In this document: positions 12,696-25,320 of the stretch, in pieces
How positions within the stretch are numbered: the first letter of the stretch is position 1
Layout: every line of letters begins with the position of its first letter
Source of the DNA: Camelus dromedarius
Lineage: Eukaryota
Length of the DNA: 64,000 nucleotides
NCBI RefSeq assembly: GCF_036321535.1
Contig: NC_087472.1
Coordinates: forward strand, 99,388,001 to 99,452,000
Reading direction: 5' to 3'
Made by a program: the position numbers and the translations under genes
Notes under the pieces: model-generated
What the model saw: the letters and a program-made list of their open reading frames with translations, nothing else
The model's database searches: none
What the model was told of the DNA's origin: nothing

Positions 12696-13250
12696 TAGAA
12701 TTGCCGTATGATCTGCCAGTTCTACTTCGGGGTATAGACTCAAAAGAATGGAAAGTGGGCTCTCAGAGATATTTGTACACCCATATTCATAGCAGCATTA
12801 TTTACAGTAGCTAAAACATGGAAGCAGCCCAAGTGGCCATGGACAGATGAAGAAAGAAACTATGGTATATACGTACAATGAAGTATTATTCGGCCTTAAA
12901 TAAAAAAAAAAAGAAGGGAATTCTGACATATTCAGTAACATGAATGAATTGAGGACATTATGCTAAGTGGTATAAGCCAGTCACAAAAAGACAAATACTG
13001 TATGATTCCACTTATATGAGGCATCTAGAGAGACAGCAGGTAGAATGGTGGTTGCCAGGGGCTGGGGGATTGGGGAACGGGGCATTAGTGTTTAATGAGT
13101 ATACAGTCTTAGTTTCGCTAGATGACGAGTTTGGAGCTAGATGGTGGTGATGATTGCACAGGAGTATCAATGTGTTTAGTATCACTGAACTGTACACTTA
13201 ATGGTAAATTTTAGATTATGTGTATTTTATCACTATAAATTTTTTTAAAA
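12696..13250 (+). mobile_element. L1MB-like 3' end
   Basis: catagcagcattattt...gacattatgctaagtg...gaatggtggttgccagggg...gaactgtacactta. Confidence 0.85.
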
Positions 13251-13504
13251 TCACATTTCTTGCTCTCTTGATGTTTGGGATTCAACATAAGACCAATAGT
13301 TTCTGGATTTCTGTCCCTCTATCATGACCCTGAAGCCTCAAGATGAATCCACTGCTCAGACAGGTGTTACGGTACCAAGGAAAAGAATAAGGTGAGCTCA
13401 GAGGTCTGCAAGCAGCCCACAGTATAAGAAATGAGGATTGAGTGAAGATGTGGTGAGAGATGAGACCCCAGTGAGTAACAGGGGCCTGTGTGAAGGCAAA
13501 GCAA

Positions 13505-13659
13505 CAAGGCTGGGGCAAGTAAGCCGCCTAGGGAGTAAAATTTAAGGAGGCACTGACTCTCAAATGCCAACGCTGCATTTCCATGATCCTTGAGAGTGAG
13601 TGCCTCCTTAAATTTTGTATCCAAGTTGCCTTGCTTGCCTCATCCTACTTCCAGCCCTG
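13505..13659. mobile_element. Palindromic hAT-Tip100 MITE (MER96-like)
   Basis: 27-bp inverted repeat at 13537-13563/13590-13616 with 1 mismatch; ccagccctg terminus. Confidence 0.75.
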
Positions 13660-13679
13660 CACCCAGGGCCCTGTTTTCA

Positions 13680-14030
13680 AAGGATGAAGCTTAGATTACA
13701 TCCTGATGGCTATGGGGAAGCTTTGACAGAACCTAAATAAAGGATTCTGGTTTTTGAAAGATAATTCTTGCCATTGTGTAGAGAATTGATTGGAAGAAAG
13801 TAAGACTGGAGGCAGGGAGATTAATCCAGACAAAAAATTATAAGGGCCTACCTGGAGTCTTGGGGCTGGAGGACAATGGATGCTTAAAGAGCTGTTAAGG
13901 AAACAGGACTGAAAGTGTGGTGACTAATTCAGTGTGGTGGTGATAAAACAGAGGAATGGCCAGAGATGACTCCTTTGCTAACTTGGGCAACTTGGTAACA
14001 TGGCAATACCAGGCACTGAGACGGGATAAA
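13680..14030 (-). mobile_element. L2 fragment
   Basis: tttttgaaagataattct...gattggaag...gactggaggcagggaga purine-rich antisense L2 pattern. Confidence 0.65.
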
Positions 14031-14114
14031 GGAGGTGAATGAATCACCAGGAGTGTACACAGAGAGAAAGTAGGATGATCAGAGATGAACTGTGGGACCC
14101 GTCAACATCTAAAG

Positions 14115-14333
14115 CATTGATTCTCAGCCAGGGGCAGTTTTGCCCACCTGGGGACATTTGACAATGTCTGGAGACATTTTTGGTTGTCACAACTGGAAGA
14201 GGGGTCCTGCTGGCAACTAGTGAGTTGAGGCCATGGATCCTGCTAAACAGTCTACAATGTACAAGACAGCCCCCACAACCATCCTGCCCATTCCTGCCCA
14301 AAATGTCAGTAGTGCCAAGGATGACAAACCCCA
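14115..14333 (+). mobile_element. MER20 (hAT-Charlie)
   Basis: ggggacatttgacaatgtctggagacatttttggttgtcacaactgg...aaaatgtcagtagtgccaagg. Confidence 0.9.
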
Positions 14334-14341
14334 GTCCAAGG

Positions 14342-14460
14342 GTATCCTGAGAGACTTTGTCACATGTCTTGTTGAAATCCAGATATACTGTTTCTAACAT
14401 CTATCTCTCATTTTATTTTGAAAATTCTGGTTACCACTTCAAAGGAGGAAGTGAGATTCT
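14342..14460 (-). mobile_element. CR1/L3 reverse-transcriptase fragment
   Basis: Minus-strand peptides NLTSSFEVVTRI and VYLDFNKTCDKVSQDTL match the CR1 RT motif NLISFFDRVT..VYLDFSKAFDKVSHDIL. Confidence 0.7.
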
Positions 14461-15119
14461 CTCTTCCTGGAGAGGCACAACTTAGCCTTCTCTCCTCAGA
14501 TTTCCCCAGAGAATGGGCTTTGTACTCCCCTCTCAATTTAAATCCCTTGTTCCTCTCCACACAAAAAGAGAAAAAAAGAAAGGGCGAATCTGAGTGGTGG
14601 TAGCCTAACCTGGCCATATTTACCAATGGGGCAGGGCCGCCATGCCTCTAATGTAAGGACACGCTTCCTCTCTAATGGCCCACCTCATGGATTGGACATG
14701 GGGACCGGGGTTCACCTCTGCTTCCAGCTCCCATGGTGTAAGCCCGCCCAACAGGCCTTTCCCATTATTCTTTCTCTCTCACTGGCTGCAGCATGGGAAC
14801 CTCCAGCTCTGGCCCACCTTGCCACTCCCTGTCTCCGTGCAGAAGGAACACTGAGCAAGGTGTCCCCTCGCCAGGATACCTGTGTTCTCCATTACTCTCT
14901 GCCCAACCTGTGACCAGGTGGGAGGCAGGCCACCTGGGCTTCCCGACTGCTCAGCTACTGAGTCTGTTCCATGAGCTCAGTCATATCCCCCGAGCGTGCC
15001 TGAACGTGGACCCCAATGTAGGTACATTTGGGGTAGGAGGTAAGGAGCTTCAAGTCCAGGCCACATTGGCCACACTATTTACCAGAAACCTTGCATTTTG
15101 GAGATTGCAGAAACTTTGG

Positions 15120-15705
15120 ACCATATCCTCTGTAAAAGTGAGCCTGAGGCAGATCTTTAGGGCTCATACTTTATTGGGAGGTGCGATCCGAGGACAGCAA
15201 GACAGGGGAACAAGGGAAGTAAGGCTGGAAAGATTAACAGCCAAGTGAAATGCGGCATTCCTGAGCTGACACTGCTTTGCAAAGAGACACAGCCAATCAC
15301 TTAGCCACGCAAGACGCTGCCAGTCAGGCTATACTCAGAAAAGTGATGTCTCAGAACAGTCCGTGGAAGGGGGGGATGGAGAGGGAATTCACCTGCTAGC
15401 TCACCTCTGCCTCCCATTTCCCCGAGGTCCAAGTTCACTCCGTGTGGAGTTAGCGGACCTGCACTGCCCTGTTGCTTCACCTGAGTTCTCTGCCAGTGCC
15501 TGGGAGAACCGGAGCCCACACTCATGGGTCGTATTTGAGTTGGGGAACAGTGAGAAAAACCAAAGAGTCGAGGCCTCAGCCTCCACAAAGGGGACCCCTT
15601 TTGCCCACACAGAGACAACTGCCATAGCAACACAAGTGGCAGAAAGTCCAGGAGACAATGGAGGTTGAGAGTCTGACTAGGAGGAGGGCATGGGTCTGAT
15701 GCACA
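15120..15705 (-). mobile_element. ERVL LTR (LTR16-family)
   Basis: gagcctgaggcag...tttattgggaggtgcgatcc...gggaagtaaggc; right boundary uncertain. Confidence 0.55.
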
Positions 15706-16799
15706 ATGAGCTTGGACACTCCATTGACTAAAACCCAGAGGGGAGTGGAAATTGCATTTCCATCCTTAAAATCTTAGCACTTGTGTCATGGTTTCTTAGA
15801 AAACTCCTGCTGGAAGCTATTGCCACTAACAAAACATCTGGGGCAGACACTCCTAGTGGCCTACCCCAAATTCCTTCCACTCATGATTGGTTTACATAAT
15901 AAGAGCGCAGGCCTCCTTACCTCCCACCCGACACCCCCCCCCCCCGAATGGACGTCTGAAACTGTCTCAGTGATGACTTTGGCTACAGCTGGAAAGACTC
16001 AGTAAGTCTTTGCCATTCTGTATAAACAGGAAGCCGGGAAGGGAGAGAACTGCAGAAACTTCCATGGAGAATTATGTGAAAAAGTCCTGCCAGAACAATA
16101 CAGCTGGGCAACATCTTGCCTTTCTTCTTCCTAAGGAAATTCTCTTCAGAGCACACACACAAGTCACAAACACAAATACCACAAACACACACACACACAT
16201 TGAGCAAAATTTGCCAGTTTCGCTACCTAGTCAGGGTTAGTTCTGCAATCAGTTCTAAACCCCAGCAGGACAAGCTGCTTCTTTGCCACACTGGAGGAAC
16301 TCCGGGCAACTGAAATAAATGGCCAAAGTACTCTTCAGAATGCAAACTAGTGTTTCTGTTTTCAAGCCAAGAAGAACCCCCAGGAAGTGAGGTCTGAGAA
16401 CGGGAGATTTTGGAGGGTGAAAACGCAACAGTTTCTTTTATTGTTCAACTACAAATATTTCTTGAGACCCTTGTATGTTAATAGTTCCATGTTCGAGCCT
16501 GGAAGAGGGTGCCATGAAGTGTAGAACCCAGCCGTCCCCTGCTAGGAGAGAAAAGGCTCTTCTCTCTGTTTCTCCTGGGCCCTTAAATAGAAAGTTCTCC
16601 AAACATGTCTGTGTCCTCAGGGAAGTGGTGGACAGAAGCTTTCACCCTTCACTCCTCTCCTGGTGAGACATGAATAGAGACAAAAATCTAACATCCACTG
16701 ATCTTCCATCAGGTGGTAGGAATGTCACTGACAGAAATGGCCCCCCTCCTCTTACATTTGACTTTCTGGAGACGTCCTGCCTAATGGGGGTGAGGGGAT

Positions 16800-17201
16800 T
16801 CCTAGGGCTTGCTGTCTCTTGCTCATTGTAAGCAGACCGGGGTGGATCTCCCTTGCCTTGCTGGAGAGCCCTGCAGTTTTCTGCTTGCTCCCTCTTTGCT
16901 TGGGCAATGAAGGGTGGAAACAGCAGAAGACTGATGTGAGCCTTAGTTCTAATGGGAAGCCCCCTCCTTGCTTCTGTTATCACCATGTGCAGAACAGGCC
17001 ATGACTAAGCCAGTCACTCAAGGAGGATGAGAGACATGTAGAGCAGACATGAGCTCAACCTACAATTGGAGCTGCCCGGCTGAGCCCAGCCCAAATCGAC
17101 AGAGCCATGCCAGCCAACCTGCAGACACGTGGAAACTAAATGCTTCTTATTATTTGCCCCTGAGATGTTGTGGGCTTTTGCAGCAGTAGCTAATTGGTAT
17201 A
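16800..17201 (+). mobile_element. MaLR LTR (MLT1J-like)
   Basis: gagagacatgtagagcaga...tgagcccagcccaaatc...agccaacctgcagac...agctaattggtata. Confidence 0.65.
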
Positions 17202-17229
17202 GAAACTGGTGCTTCCAAGTAATTAAATG

Positions 17230-17463
17230 ACCGGGGTCCGTTTCCAGTTGCCTGGATTCAATGGTAAACTCACCAACCCCAAAGCTGATAAACGCAGACA
17301 AGTTACTTGCCCTCTTTGTGTCTGCATATCCATCAAATGAGGGTAACACTATTTCACCTCCCTTAGAAGGCTGTTGTGAAAATTCAATTTCTTAATACAA
17401 AGTACTTTAAACAATAATACCTGGAACACAGGAAGCATTCAGTACATGTTTTCCAGCATCATT
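17230..17463 (+). mobile_element. MIR SINE
   Basis: caagttactt...gctgttgtgaaaatt...cctggaacacaggaagcattcagtacatgtt. Confidence 0.6.
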
Positions 17464-17479
17464 TTATCTAGCAATAAAG

Positions 17480-20345
17480 CTGATGTTGTATTTTTGCATA
17501 TGAATACAAACGTTACAGTCAAGTTGCAAACTTCTATCAAAAAATCCTGCAGGGATTTTTATTAGAATTGCACTGAATCTGTAGATCAAGTCAGAAGGAA
17601 CTGGCATCTTAATGTTGAGTTTTCCAATCCTTAAATATGATGTAGCTCTCCATTTATTAGGTCTTCTTTAATTTCTCTCAGCAATGTTTTATAATTTTCA
17701 ACATTAAAATCTTGTACATAGTCTGTTAGATTTATCCCCTAAGTATTTCAGATTTTTATATTTTAAATGATTTTTTTACTTCAATTTCCAGTTATTCATT
17801 GCTAGTGTACTGCATTTTTACCTCGTTATCACGCAAACTTGTTAAACTCACTTTTACTTTTAGTAGCTTTTTGGTAGATTCTTTTGGATTTTCTATGTAG
17901 ATGAACATCTATATCTGTTCATAAAGACAGTTTTGTTTCTTCCTAGTCAATCATTATGCCTTATTTTTTTTCTTGCCTTCTTGCACTAGCCGGGGCCTTC
18001 AGTACAATGTTGAATGGAAATGATCAGAGAATATATATTTGTGTTATTCTTGTTCTGAGAAAGAAAGCATTTAGTCTTTCGCCATTAAGTTTAGCTACAG
18101 AGGAACTTCCTTTCTATTGCTAGTTTTCTGAGAGTTTTTATTTTTAAAATGTGTTGAAATTTATTTTAAAAATCTTTGCATTTATTGAAATGATCATTTT
18201 TTTCTTTTTTAAATATGTTAACATGGTAAATTTTTTTAAACATTTTTTTGAGTTATAATCATTTTACAATGTTGTGTCAAATTCCAGTGTAGAGCACAAT
18301 TTTTCAGTTATACATGAACATATATACATTCATTGTCACATTCTCTTTCGCTGTGAGCCACCACAAGATCCTGTATATACTTCCCTGTGCTACACAGTAC
18401 AATCTTGTTTATCTATTCTGCATTTTGAACTCCCAATCTGTCCCTTCCTGGCAACCACAAGTTTGTATTCTATGCCTATGAGTCTGTTTCTGTTTTGTAT
18501 TTATGGTTTTTTTTTTTTTTAGATTCCACATATGAGTGACCTCATATGGTATTTTTCTTTCTCTTTCTGGCTTACTTCACTTAGAATGGCATTCCCCAGG
18601 AACATCCATGTTGCTGCAAATGGTGTTATGTTGTCGGTTTTTATGGCTGAGTAGTATTCCATTGTATAAATATACCACCTCTTCTTTATCCAGTCATCTG
18701 TTGATGGACAGTTAGGCTGTTTCCATGTCTTGGCTATTGTAAATAGTGCTGCTATGAACATTGGGGTGCAGGTGTCTTTTTGAAGTAGGGTTCCTTCTGG
18801 ATATATGCCCAGGAGCGGGATTCCTGGGTCATATGGTAAGTCTATTCCTAGTCTTTTGAGGAATCTCCATACTGTTTTTCCACAGTGGCTGCACCAACCT
18901 GCATTCCCACCAGCAGTGTAGGAGGGTTCCCTTTTCTCCACAGCCTCTCCAGCATTTGTCATTTGTGGGCTTTTGAATGACGGCCATTCTGACTGGTGTG
19001 AGGTGATACCTCATCGTAGTTTTGATTTGCATTTCTCTGATAATTAGTGATATTGAGCATTTTATCATGTGCCTATTGATTGTATGTCTTCCTTGGAGAA
19101 TTGCTTGTTTAGGTCTTCTGCCCATTTTTGGATTGAGTTGTTTGTTTTTTTCTTATTAAGTTGTATGAGCTGCTTATATATTCTGGAGATCAAGCCTTTG
19201 TCGGTTTCATCTTTTGCAAAAATCTTCTCCCATTCTGTAGGTTGTCGTTTTGTTTTACTTATGGTTTCCTTTGCTGTGCAGAAGCTTGTAAGTTTAATTA
19301 GGTCCCATTTGTTTATTCTTGCTTTTATTTCTATTGCTTGGGTAGACTGCCCTAGGAGAGCGTTTTTGAGATGTATGTCAGATAATGTTTTGCCTATATT
19401 TTCTTCTAGGAGGTTTATTGTAATTAACATGGTAGATTGATTGCATTGAAAGACACATCCTTGCATTCCCTGGCATAAACCCCACTTCTTCATTGTGTAA
19501 TTTCATTTTCATATGTTGCTGGATTTGATGTGCTAATATTTTGTTGAAGATTTTGCATCTATGTTTATGAGGGATATTAGTCTATAGTTTTCTTTTCTTA
19601 TGTCTTTGTGTGGTTTTGGTATCAGAATAACACAAGCCTCATAAAATGAGTTGAGAAAACTTTGCTGCTCTTCTATTTGAAGAGTTTGTATGACAATGGT
19701 ATTATTGTTTCCCCACATGCTTGGTAGAATTCAGCAGTAAAGTTTTTTGGGGGGGAGGAAGTTTCACTATGAAAGAAATTTATTTGATAGCTATAAAGTT
19801 ATCCTGATTATCTATATCTTCTTGAGTGAGCTTTTGGTAATTTGTGCCTTTCAAAATTTTTCATTTAGTTTATCAAATTTATTGGCCTAAAGCTGTCCAC
19901 AATATTTCTTTACTGTGCTTCTAATGTCTGCATGATCTTTAGTGATGTCTCATGTTTCATTCCTGATATTGGCAATTTGCATCTTCTTTTATCGCTCTAA
20001 TCAGTCTGGGCAGAAGTTTATACATTTTATTGATCTTTTCAAAGAACCAACTTATAGTTTGATTTTCTTTTATTTTCTGTTTTCTATCTTGTTGATTTCT
20101 GCTCTTATTTTTATTATTTCCTTCCTCTTACTTGCTTTGGATTTAATTTGTTCTTCTTTTACTAGCTTCTTACAGTAGAAGCATTGCCCCCACAGATTTG
20201 AAAATGTTTGTATTTCCAATATAACCATTTGATGCTATAAAATTTCATCAAAGCACTGTGTTATCTGCATCCCACAATTTTTGATCCATTCAGTTCTAAG
20301 TACTTTCTAATTTCCTTTGTGATTTCTTATTTAACCAATGATGCT
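17480..20345 (-). mobile_element. Old L1M ORF2 (RT/EN region), interrupted by young L1
   Basis: Peptide [34 protein letters not shown] (L1 RT); T-rich antisense L1 sequence on both sides of 18233-19423. Confidence 0.8.
18233..19423 (-). mobile_element. Young 5'-truncated L1 (ORF2 C-terminus + 3'UTR), frameshifted
   Basis: [34 protein letters not shown] (CCHC), CTPMFIAALFTIAKTW; 15-bp TSD ttaacatggta(a/g)att at 18218-18232/19424-19438. Confidence 0.95.
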
Positions 20346-20502
20346 ATTCTTTAATTCACGTGAGGATGCTGCATCTATCCCTTAGTCAGCTCAGAATGCA
20401 TCTGACAGAAGGGTGTGTTTTATTAATATCATCTACCCAGTTATCTACCAGGATCAAGCTGTGAGGTTAGGCAGGAAGGGATAGCACCTCAGTGCTGAAG
20501 GC

Positions 20503-20714
20503 CAGTGGATCTTACAGACCTCATCCATCCGAATCACTGAAGTAGGTTGTTTTTTTTTAATACAGCTTCCTGAATTCTACCCTCAGAGATTCTACTTCAG
20601 TATATTTGAAGTGTAGATGTAGGAATTTGCATTTTTAAATCTGCATTTAAAAAAAATAACCCAGGAATAACTCCATAGGTAACTATGATGTTCAGTTAGA
20701 TTTGATAACTCTTG
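20503..20714. mobile_element. MER5-like hAT-Charlie MITE
   Basis: gaatcac...ctcagagattct...aggaatttgcatttttaa. Confidence 0.55.
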
Positions 20715-20749
20715 TTTGGGTGTAGAGAGAAGGTGCTTTCTGCAAAGCC

Positions 20750-20858
20750 TGGACTAGAGCCAAGGAGAAGCACCTAGGGTGCAACATTGAAGGAGGCACT
20801 TGCTCTCAAGGATTCAGGTGTACTTGCACACAGCTTTCTTGCCTGACCCTAGCCCTGG
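20750..20858. mobile_element. MER96-like MITE, internally deleted
   Basis: cctagggtgcaacattgaaggaggcacttgctctc...cttgcctgaccctagccctg, homologous to 13505-13659. Confidence 0.55.
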
Positions 20859-21822
20859 TTTTCAGCAGTCAGAAAAAGTGCAAGCTTAGGCAGGAGTCAG
20901 TCCCTTGCTCTGCCCGATTTCCTGTCTCACCTCACTTGCAGGCTCGCTCTCCAAATTACCCCAGTTAACATCAGGTCACTTGCTTGCCAACCCTGAAGGA
21001 ACCCTTGTTGCCAGTCCTGCATTCGTAGCCAATCCCAGCACCCACATTTCTATCTTATGCCTCCTTGGTGACCACATCTCAGTCTTGTATCACCATCTCC
21101 TAAAAACTAAGCAACATATTGCCTTATTCCCAACTCAGTCTTAATTATAAGGATAATGAAAAGCCATTGGGAAATCACTGAAGAGTTTTAAGCAGGCATC
21201 TTAAATTCCACATTTTCGTTTCATTCTCCTCTTATTTTGAAGAAATAAATCTCAATGTTTTTCTGTTTGCAAGCTTTGTTCGCAATGATTTTAATTTTCT
21301 AAACTCTTCAAATGTAAACATTCTTTAAATGCTTTAATTAAAGATTTCCAAATGGTTTTGAGAAACAATGAAGTAAAATTTAGAAGACTCACAAAAATGT
21401 TCAATGCCAATGGAGAACACTTGGTTTGATTTACAAAGTAATTTTTCAAAGCCTCAAAAACTTCTAAAATCCACTTGATGACTGCCAGGGAAAAGAGAAA
21501 GCATACACTGTCATGCTAAGTATTTTTAATTCAGCATCAGCTTTGTCATAAAAATGTTTTATCTCAGTTACTCTAACATTGTATAGATAGAAACATTGTA
21601 AATTCTGACAACTGAATCTTCTATTTTGATTGGTAGAGTATTATAGCTTGTTTGTATACAATTAATTATAAATTATGTATGTACTTTCACTAATTCCAAG
21701 TATGCTTCGGCTCCATAGATTTCTTAATTTTAGTTAGAACATTGTTTTTACCATCACACTGCACTGCACTTGTGTTTGTATTATAACCGTTACCCTCAAA
21801 ACATTTATATCTTCATGATAGG

Positions 21823-21977
21823 TTTTTGTTTTGTTTTGTTTTGTTTGTTTGTTTTAAGCAAGGGATGGAGGTAATTAGGCTTTTTTAAAAAAAATTTTTA
21901 GAGGAGATATTGGGGATTGAACCTAGGACCTTGTGCATGCTAAGCATGTGCTCTACCACTTAAGCTATACCCTCCCC
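21823..21977 (-). mobile_element. Camelid tRNA-derived SINE (Vic-1-like)
   Basis: Reverse complement GGGGAGGGTATAGCTTAAGTGGTAGAGCACATGCTTAGCATGCACAAGGTCCTAGGTTCAATCCCCA + cctaattacc + A-rich tail. Confidence 0.9.
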
Positions 21978-22337
21978 CTCATAAAACAACTTTATCTTCA
22001 AATGTTGAACTTTTCAAATGAATTTACTATGAATTTACTAACAATAATGGCAGATGTTTTACCTTTGACAGAAGGAAACTCCAAAAGCTTTATCTGATTC
22101 CATGAATTGGATGAAAATATCAAACTATAATTGGGATGAACTAATTTTTTATTCAGAGCATCTGATGGCACAAATATAAAACGTATCATTTAACTCTTTG
22201 TGAACTTCTTCATCTTCTGATGGAGCCAACACTGACAGCTCCTAGTTATCTTTTTGTATGTGCACAAGAAAACTTGGAATGAAGTGCAGCTGTTTGATGT
22301 AAATGAAAATATACACTTCACAAAGTGATACGTAAAT

Positions 22338-23768
22338 ACCCTTAGATGTAGATAAGAAGGACCCCTGTCCATCACAAGCATACAAAAAATAAGAACATTT
22401 AAAACACATGAAAAAAAATAACCTCATGGACAGCTCTGCCACTCACGATCCAAAATCCAGTACTGGTAGACTGTGCCCCTAAACCCTGAACATCCACACT
22501 CAAGGCTAACACCTTTCAAAGCTCAGGAATCTCTTTTCAACAACTCCTCCCCAGTATTCTAGAAACGAAAAGCAACTGCATCCAAATGCAGTTGCTGAAA
22601 TCAGAGACAGAAACAGTTTTAGATTGCAAAGAGGAACTGAGCGGTACAGGGGCTTATATAAGAGGAAAGGCAAACGAATGAATTTTTTCAAATGTTTCCC
22701 TGCAGATAGCAAGAATGCAGGAAATTTATGCATAGCCATATTATTTCCAGTTAGTCCTGAGCATCACTGCCTTGTTTTTCTTTTTGTTCCACTTCTTGGT
22801 TCCAAAGGTACTAATGATTTAGGATGTACTGGTAATTTTCCAGTGTTAAACAATTCATAGTTCTCTTAAACTGGTGTGTATGTGAGCATATTTCCAAACG
22901 TATACATACATTTACTTAGTTTTATATAATTATGTGTAAGCATATATAAATCTAGCTATAACATGGATGAAGCGTGCTGCATCAGATTCCTTAAATTGAC
23001 AACTGGATAGACAGGAAACCCTAGGACTGTGAATAGTTCTATTCTTATAAAATTCCTGAACACAGTTACATTTTAATCTCAATTTCAGACTTAAATGGAA
23101 ATGTTCACCTTTACTTAATTTTGATTGTTAAATTCTATGACATTCATGAATTATAACTTGTATTTTCCCTTTTAATTTCCATTGATAATTTTGAAGTTTT
23201 TCGAGAAAAACACCATTTTTGAAAACATGAACAGTAACTTAATTTTTTACACTTTAAATTCACTTGAATTTGTATATTTGGCTGAGCATATATTCAAGTT
23301 GCATATATTTACTATAATTAGATTTTATGTTTTAATCCTTTTGATCTCAACTGTTAATAGAAAACATTATGTGAAGATCTCAAATATAAAAATGTAATTT
23401 GTGATTTGCTGAAATGAAGGGAAAGAACAATTTTGTGGAATAAGTATGTGATAGTTCACACATTACGTTACTTGACTTGTATGACTCATCTGAACTTTGA
23501 CAGTCCACAAGACAACATTCCGACATGCTCACTATTTAAATTCCGTCATCCTAGAGTTTTTGCCAACTCCATATAAAAACCACAGCTTTACACTTTTTTT
23601 TTTTTTTTTTGGTCATTACGAAGGTATTTTATCAAGGTAGAAGCATAGAACATATTTTATTTAACAGTTTGCTAGCTTGATTTATCACTTGTAAATATTT
23701 AAACCTAATGGAATGTGGGTCTTCGTTTGTCCTCTTGCCCGGGGCCCACAAGTGTCAGGAACAGCCGG
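22338..23768 (-). mobile_element. hAT-Tip100 element (Zaphod/MER115-like)
   Basis: Terminus gggccccgggcaagaggacaaacgaagacccac...aatcaagctagcaaactgttaaataaaatatgttcta on the minus strand; splits the host transposase between AAADGV and VFTYH. Confidence 0.6.
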
Positions 23769-24769
23769 AACACACCGTCCGCAGCTGCATGTGGTAAATC
23801 ACCATCTCCAGGCATTCTCCGCGCAGTGCCGGTGACCTCTTGAAGCAGATGCTAATGCTTCTTTGGCACCTTTGGCTCTTCTCTTTCCCACGTGGTCGGT
23901 GACATCTCTATGGCCTCCACAGCAGGTGATGAATGTTCACCTACACTCTGTGCAGGTCATGTGCTCAACACCAACGTACTTGAGAGGTGAAAATTCAGTC
24001 CTTAATTTTTCACTTAACCGTCCCTTAAGCTTGATGTCAAAAGGGTTTATTGCAAAGCCAAAAAAATAAGCATTAGCAAATAATACAATAAATGAAGAAG
24101 CAGACATAGGTTAGCAGTCTACCCTGGAGCAAAAGCGTTGAGACTACTCCTGCACTCCACAGCAGCGCCGCTCGGCTTCTATTTCCTGCACATACTTCAC
24201 ATACATCTAACCTATGATGTTGCACATTTCCCACTGACACTGCCAAGAGGTGGCCTCTCAGCATGAATCACGGCAACTGGCTGGCACACAAAGAAGCTGG
24301 CAGGGACAGGAGCTTCAAATATCCCTCCAGCTACCACCCGAGACCGGAAGGGTTTGATTCCCCCAGCTGCTAATGTCTGAACCCACTTGGTTTTATCAGA
24401 GAGTAGCCTGCACGTTCCCCTTTATTGAAAGGCGCATGCCAGCTACCTTGCACCTGGGAAGTGTCAGGAAAAGAGAGGTAAGCTATCACTGGTCTTATGC
24501 CAGATTTAACCACGTGGGAAAGTGAGACCTCTGCTCAGTGAATATGCATCTCACTACAAGACAAGACCATGATAGAAGCTGGAAATACAAAGTGGAGGTC
24601 TCCCAAACTCGCCTAGAATTAATCTAATGCTTTGTAATTATAATACTAAATTTAAAAATGAAAAACCCAGGACAAATGCTAAACTGGGCACAATCCCAAG
24701 ACAACAGGTGTAAATCGAGACTGTGTCAAGGCAACTGGCACTTACATTCACTCTGAATATTCCTCCCTG

Positions 24770-25320
24770 ATTGATTCTCCAGGATGCAGCCAGGGTGGCC
24801 TTTCTAAAGCATGACCCTGATCAGATCAATCCTGTTTACAACTCTTCAATTACTCTCCACTACTCTAAGGTTAAAATCTAACCCCTTTGATGAAACAGGC
24901 TATTTGGACTCTGCCCAGCTCAGGTTTGACCCCTTCACCCTACATTCCTCTAGTGGACCTGAACCGAGCCTCACCTGATTTTCATTCTAAGGATATCCCT
25001 CCTCCCCCATGACCTTTCTTTGGCTAACTGACAGTTACCTATCCATCAAGATGTATTTTAGCTGTCCTCGTTTCTGATCAGATTCCCTGGCCTCTCTCTT
25101 CCAGTCAGGCTGTGCATCCCCGCTTCCCCCATAGTGCACTCTGAATGTTTCCGACAGGAAGTCTGTATCCTGAGTTGTAGTCTTCCGTCTGTTACTTCCA
25201 CCTCCTCTGTGAGCACCTTGAAGGCAGAGACCTCCTCGCCTCTATATCCTCAGCATTTACACGTTACACTAGTCTAGATAGAGTTGGGTTGGGTTGGGCA
25301 CAGTTTGAAAATAAATATTT
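24770..25320 (+). mobile_element. L2 3' region
   Basis: gcagccagggtggcctttctaaag...tgtgagcaccttgaaggcagaga...aataaatattt. Confidence 0.7.

Larger units (their letters stand above)
21200..24755 (-). mobile_element. Decayed hAT transposon with transposase remnants (Blackjack-like), interrupted by a SINE and a Tip100-type element
   Basis: Minus-strand peptides EKLRTEF..TCTEC..GGHRDVTDH (24020-23880), VFTYHFVKCIFSFTSNSC, IKLLEFPSVKGKTSAII, GKNNVLTKIK; Blackjack/MER94-like terminus at 24665-24755. Confidence 0.65.

Noticed and set aside
18519..19493. Longest protein-like ORFs as a host gene
   Set aside because: They are frameshifted pieces of L1 ORF2 within a TSD-bounded truncated L1.
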